A stretch of 59,676 nt of DNA from NCBI GenBank assembly GCA_026394765.1, contig JAPKXQ010000082.1, forward strand, positions 1 through 59,676. The letters run 5' to 3'. The notes beneath the pieces were generated by a model that was not told where the DNA came from, searched no databases, and saw only the letters and a program-made list of their open reading frames with translations. The DNA is from Methanomicrobiales archaeon (GTDB lineage Archaea; Halobacteriota; Methanomicrobia; Methanomicrobiales; Methanospirillaceae). Positions within the stretch are counted from its first letter, which is position 1; each line of letters begins with the position of its first letter. Shown piece after piece: positions 58,253 to 59,676 of this stretch. The position numbers and the translations under genes are program-made.

Positions 58253-59430
58253 GGTGTGCAGAAGGGATCGAGGTCAGGGACCTCGATGAGTGCTACATCA
58301 ACATCGACCCGATCCAGGTAGGGGGACGGCTGACCGTGGACGCGATGAAAGCGGTGATAGCATACGGGGACGGGTACTCAGTCTGCGACCACTGCCGCAA
58401 GCCATTCAGGCTCGACCATATCAAAACCCCACCCATTGACCGTTTCCATCGGGAACTCGCGGCCTTTATCGGGATGGAAGAGGCAAGAGTGGTCCCGGGT
58501 GCACGAAGGGGCTTTTCTGCCGTCACCGGTACTTATGTGGGAAAGGGCGACCCGGTCCTACTCACCACCCTCTCCCATTACACCGAAGTCCTCGCAGTAG
58601 AGTCAGTAGGAGGGGTCATCCGGGAGATCCCTGCTGAACTGGGCCATAATATCACAGCAGACGCTGCTGCAATGACTATTGAATCCGTCTTGCGGGAGTT
58701 TGGACGAGCCCCGTCCCTCCTGATGATCGACCACATCGATTACCAGTATGGCAATGTCCATGACGTGCAGGGAGTCGCACGTGTTGCCCACCAGTACGAC
58801 ATCCCGGTCCTCTACAACGGCGCATACAGCGTCGGGATACTCCCAGTGGATGGGAGGGATCTGGGTGTTGACTTCGTGGTGGGATCAGGGCATAAGAGCA
58901 TGGCGGCCCCGGCGCCTTCCGGAGTCCTTGCCACTTCCAAGGAGCGATCAACTGAGCTCTTTCGGACCACCACGGCAAAGACCGACCTTTCTTTGCGGAC
59001 ATTTGGGATAAAAGAGGTAATGCTACTGGGCTGTACTCTCATGGGAGTGACCCTGATAGGTATGATGGCTTCATTTCCAGCAGTCAGGGAGAGGGTCGGC
59101 CACTGGGACGAAGAGATTGCCAATGGTCGAAGGGTAGTTGAGGCACTGCAGAGGATCGAAGGCACCAAAGTTGTATCAGAACTGCCGCGGAAGCATACGC
59201 TCACCCGTATCGATACTTCGGGATCTTTTGACCGGGTCGCAAAGACCCATAAGAAGCGGGGATTTTTCCTCTCAAGTGCCTTAAAGGAACTGGGAATCGC
59301 GGGGACTATCCCCGGGGCAACCAAGGTCTGGAAGTTCAACACCTATGGGATGACCAGTCGGCAGGCAGAATATACTGCGAATGCGTTCCTCGCCATTGCA
59401 GAAGAGAACAAGATCCCGGTCTCATCATGA
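58249..59430 (+). CDS. pscS: O-phospho-L-seryl-tRNA(Cys):Cys-tRNA synthase (SepCysS)
   Basis: ...INIDPIQVGGRLTVDAMKAV..YGDGYSVCDHCRKPF...GARRGF...VVGSGHKSMAAPAPSG (PLP lysine). 393 aa. Confidence 0.85.
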   Translation: MRCAEGIEVRDLDECYINIDPIQVGGRLTVDAMKAVIAYGDGYSVCDHCRKPFRLDHIKTPPIDRFHRELAAFIGMEEARVVPGARRGFSAVTGTYVGKGDPVLLTTLSHYTEVLAVESVGGVIREIPAELGHNITADAAAMTIESVLREFGRAPSLLMIDHIDYQYGNVHDVQGVARVAHQYDIPVLYNGAYSVGILPVDGRDLGVDFVVGSGHKSMAAPAPSGVLATSKERSTELFRTTTAKTDLSLRTFGIKEVMLLGCTLMGVTLIGMMASFPAVRERVGHWDEEIANGRRVVEALQRIEGTKVVSELPRKHTLTRIDTSGSFDRVAKTHKKRGFFLSSALKELGIAGTIPGATKVWKFNTYGMTSRQAEYTANAFLAIAEENKIPVSS

Positions 59431-59676
59431 CGCTGGTCCTGGTTCTCTCTCCAAAGCAGTACGAGTCATCAAGATCTGGTAGATCGGTCCAGAAGGAGAA
59501 GAAGAATCTATGGCGTCAAAATAAGGTTGTTTTTCAGATAATTAAAATCCCTCAAGATTGCGTTATTTCACCTATTCATATCGAATGTGGCGTTACTATG
59601 ATAGATCCGTAGTGGTATATAGTAGTGGAACGTTACACTACGTTATGAGTTATATCCGGAAGAACATCCGACATAA

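Noticed and set aside
59427-59612. 61-codon ORF whose ATG overlaps the SepCysS stop
   Set aside because: It lies in the AT-rich spacer with atypical codon usage and no recognisable features. I cannot exclude a real small protein.
1-59676. CRISPR arrays, rRNA genes, transposases/IS elements, integrases and toxin-antitoxin pairs
   Set aside because: I found no regularly spaced direct repeats, no rRNA-like stretches and no recognisable transposase or intact integrase translations by eye. This was not an exhaustive computational repeat search.
59645-59676. Possible gene start (MSYIRKNIRH...) at the right edge
   Set aside because: Only 10 codons are visible, which is not enough evidence.

Overview
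This is a gene-dense, moderately GC-rich chromosomal segment from a methanogenic euryarchaeon. Gene content suggests Methanomicrobiales: methanogenesis marker proteins 2 and 4/MtxX, MptE, SepCysS, FdhC, an HMf-type histone and archaeal-type SAM synthetase. I call about 60 protein genes and 2 tRNAs. I saw no rRNA, CRISPR array, transposase or intact integrase.

Most of the window is housekeeping:
- hypD, mat and a hisG-hisA-hisB mini-operon
- the conserved dtdA-ftsZ-secE-spt5-L11-L1-L10(P0)-L12(P1) block
- rfcL, tandem moeA paralogs, ileS, a Thg1-like enzyme, ilvD, cbiA/cfbB, polB, mdh, pyrD-pyrK and fdhC
- an mre11-rad50-nurA-herA repair operon and SepCysS

Genes are packed tightly, with many 4-26 nt overlaps and several convergent 3' overlaps. 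I found no unambiguous new defence-type system. The candidates most worth a second look are:
1. A divergently arranged ABC-2 exporter whose first permease is fused to a PrsW-type intramembrane protease. It sits among small secreted proteins just downstream of tRNA-Lys.
2. A nurA gene split between two reading frames inside the otherwise tightly coupled repair operon.
3. An overlapping three-gene operon: TrkA-N/DHH phosphoesterase, MptE, and a COG1031-type radical SAM protein with a C-terminal HhH motif and an atypical CX7CX2C cluster motif.
4. Three small genes coupled to larger ones. Two are missed or doubtful in an ATG or >=60 aa ORF call. One is a TTG-initiated 60-aa helical ORF overlapping the SepCysS start. 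One is a 58-aa ORF ending in CQLGCF ahead of moeA. The third is a 74-aa double CxxC-x4-CxxC protein coupled to ilvD.
5. A C-terminal extension on DtdA with an RNase Z exosite-like motif.
6. Two unusually long ORF-poor gaps (414-1317 and 38297-38718).

All functional calls come from reading the translations by eye against remembered family motifs. No searches were run.
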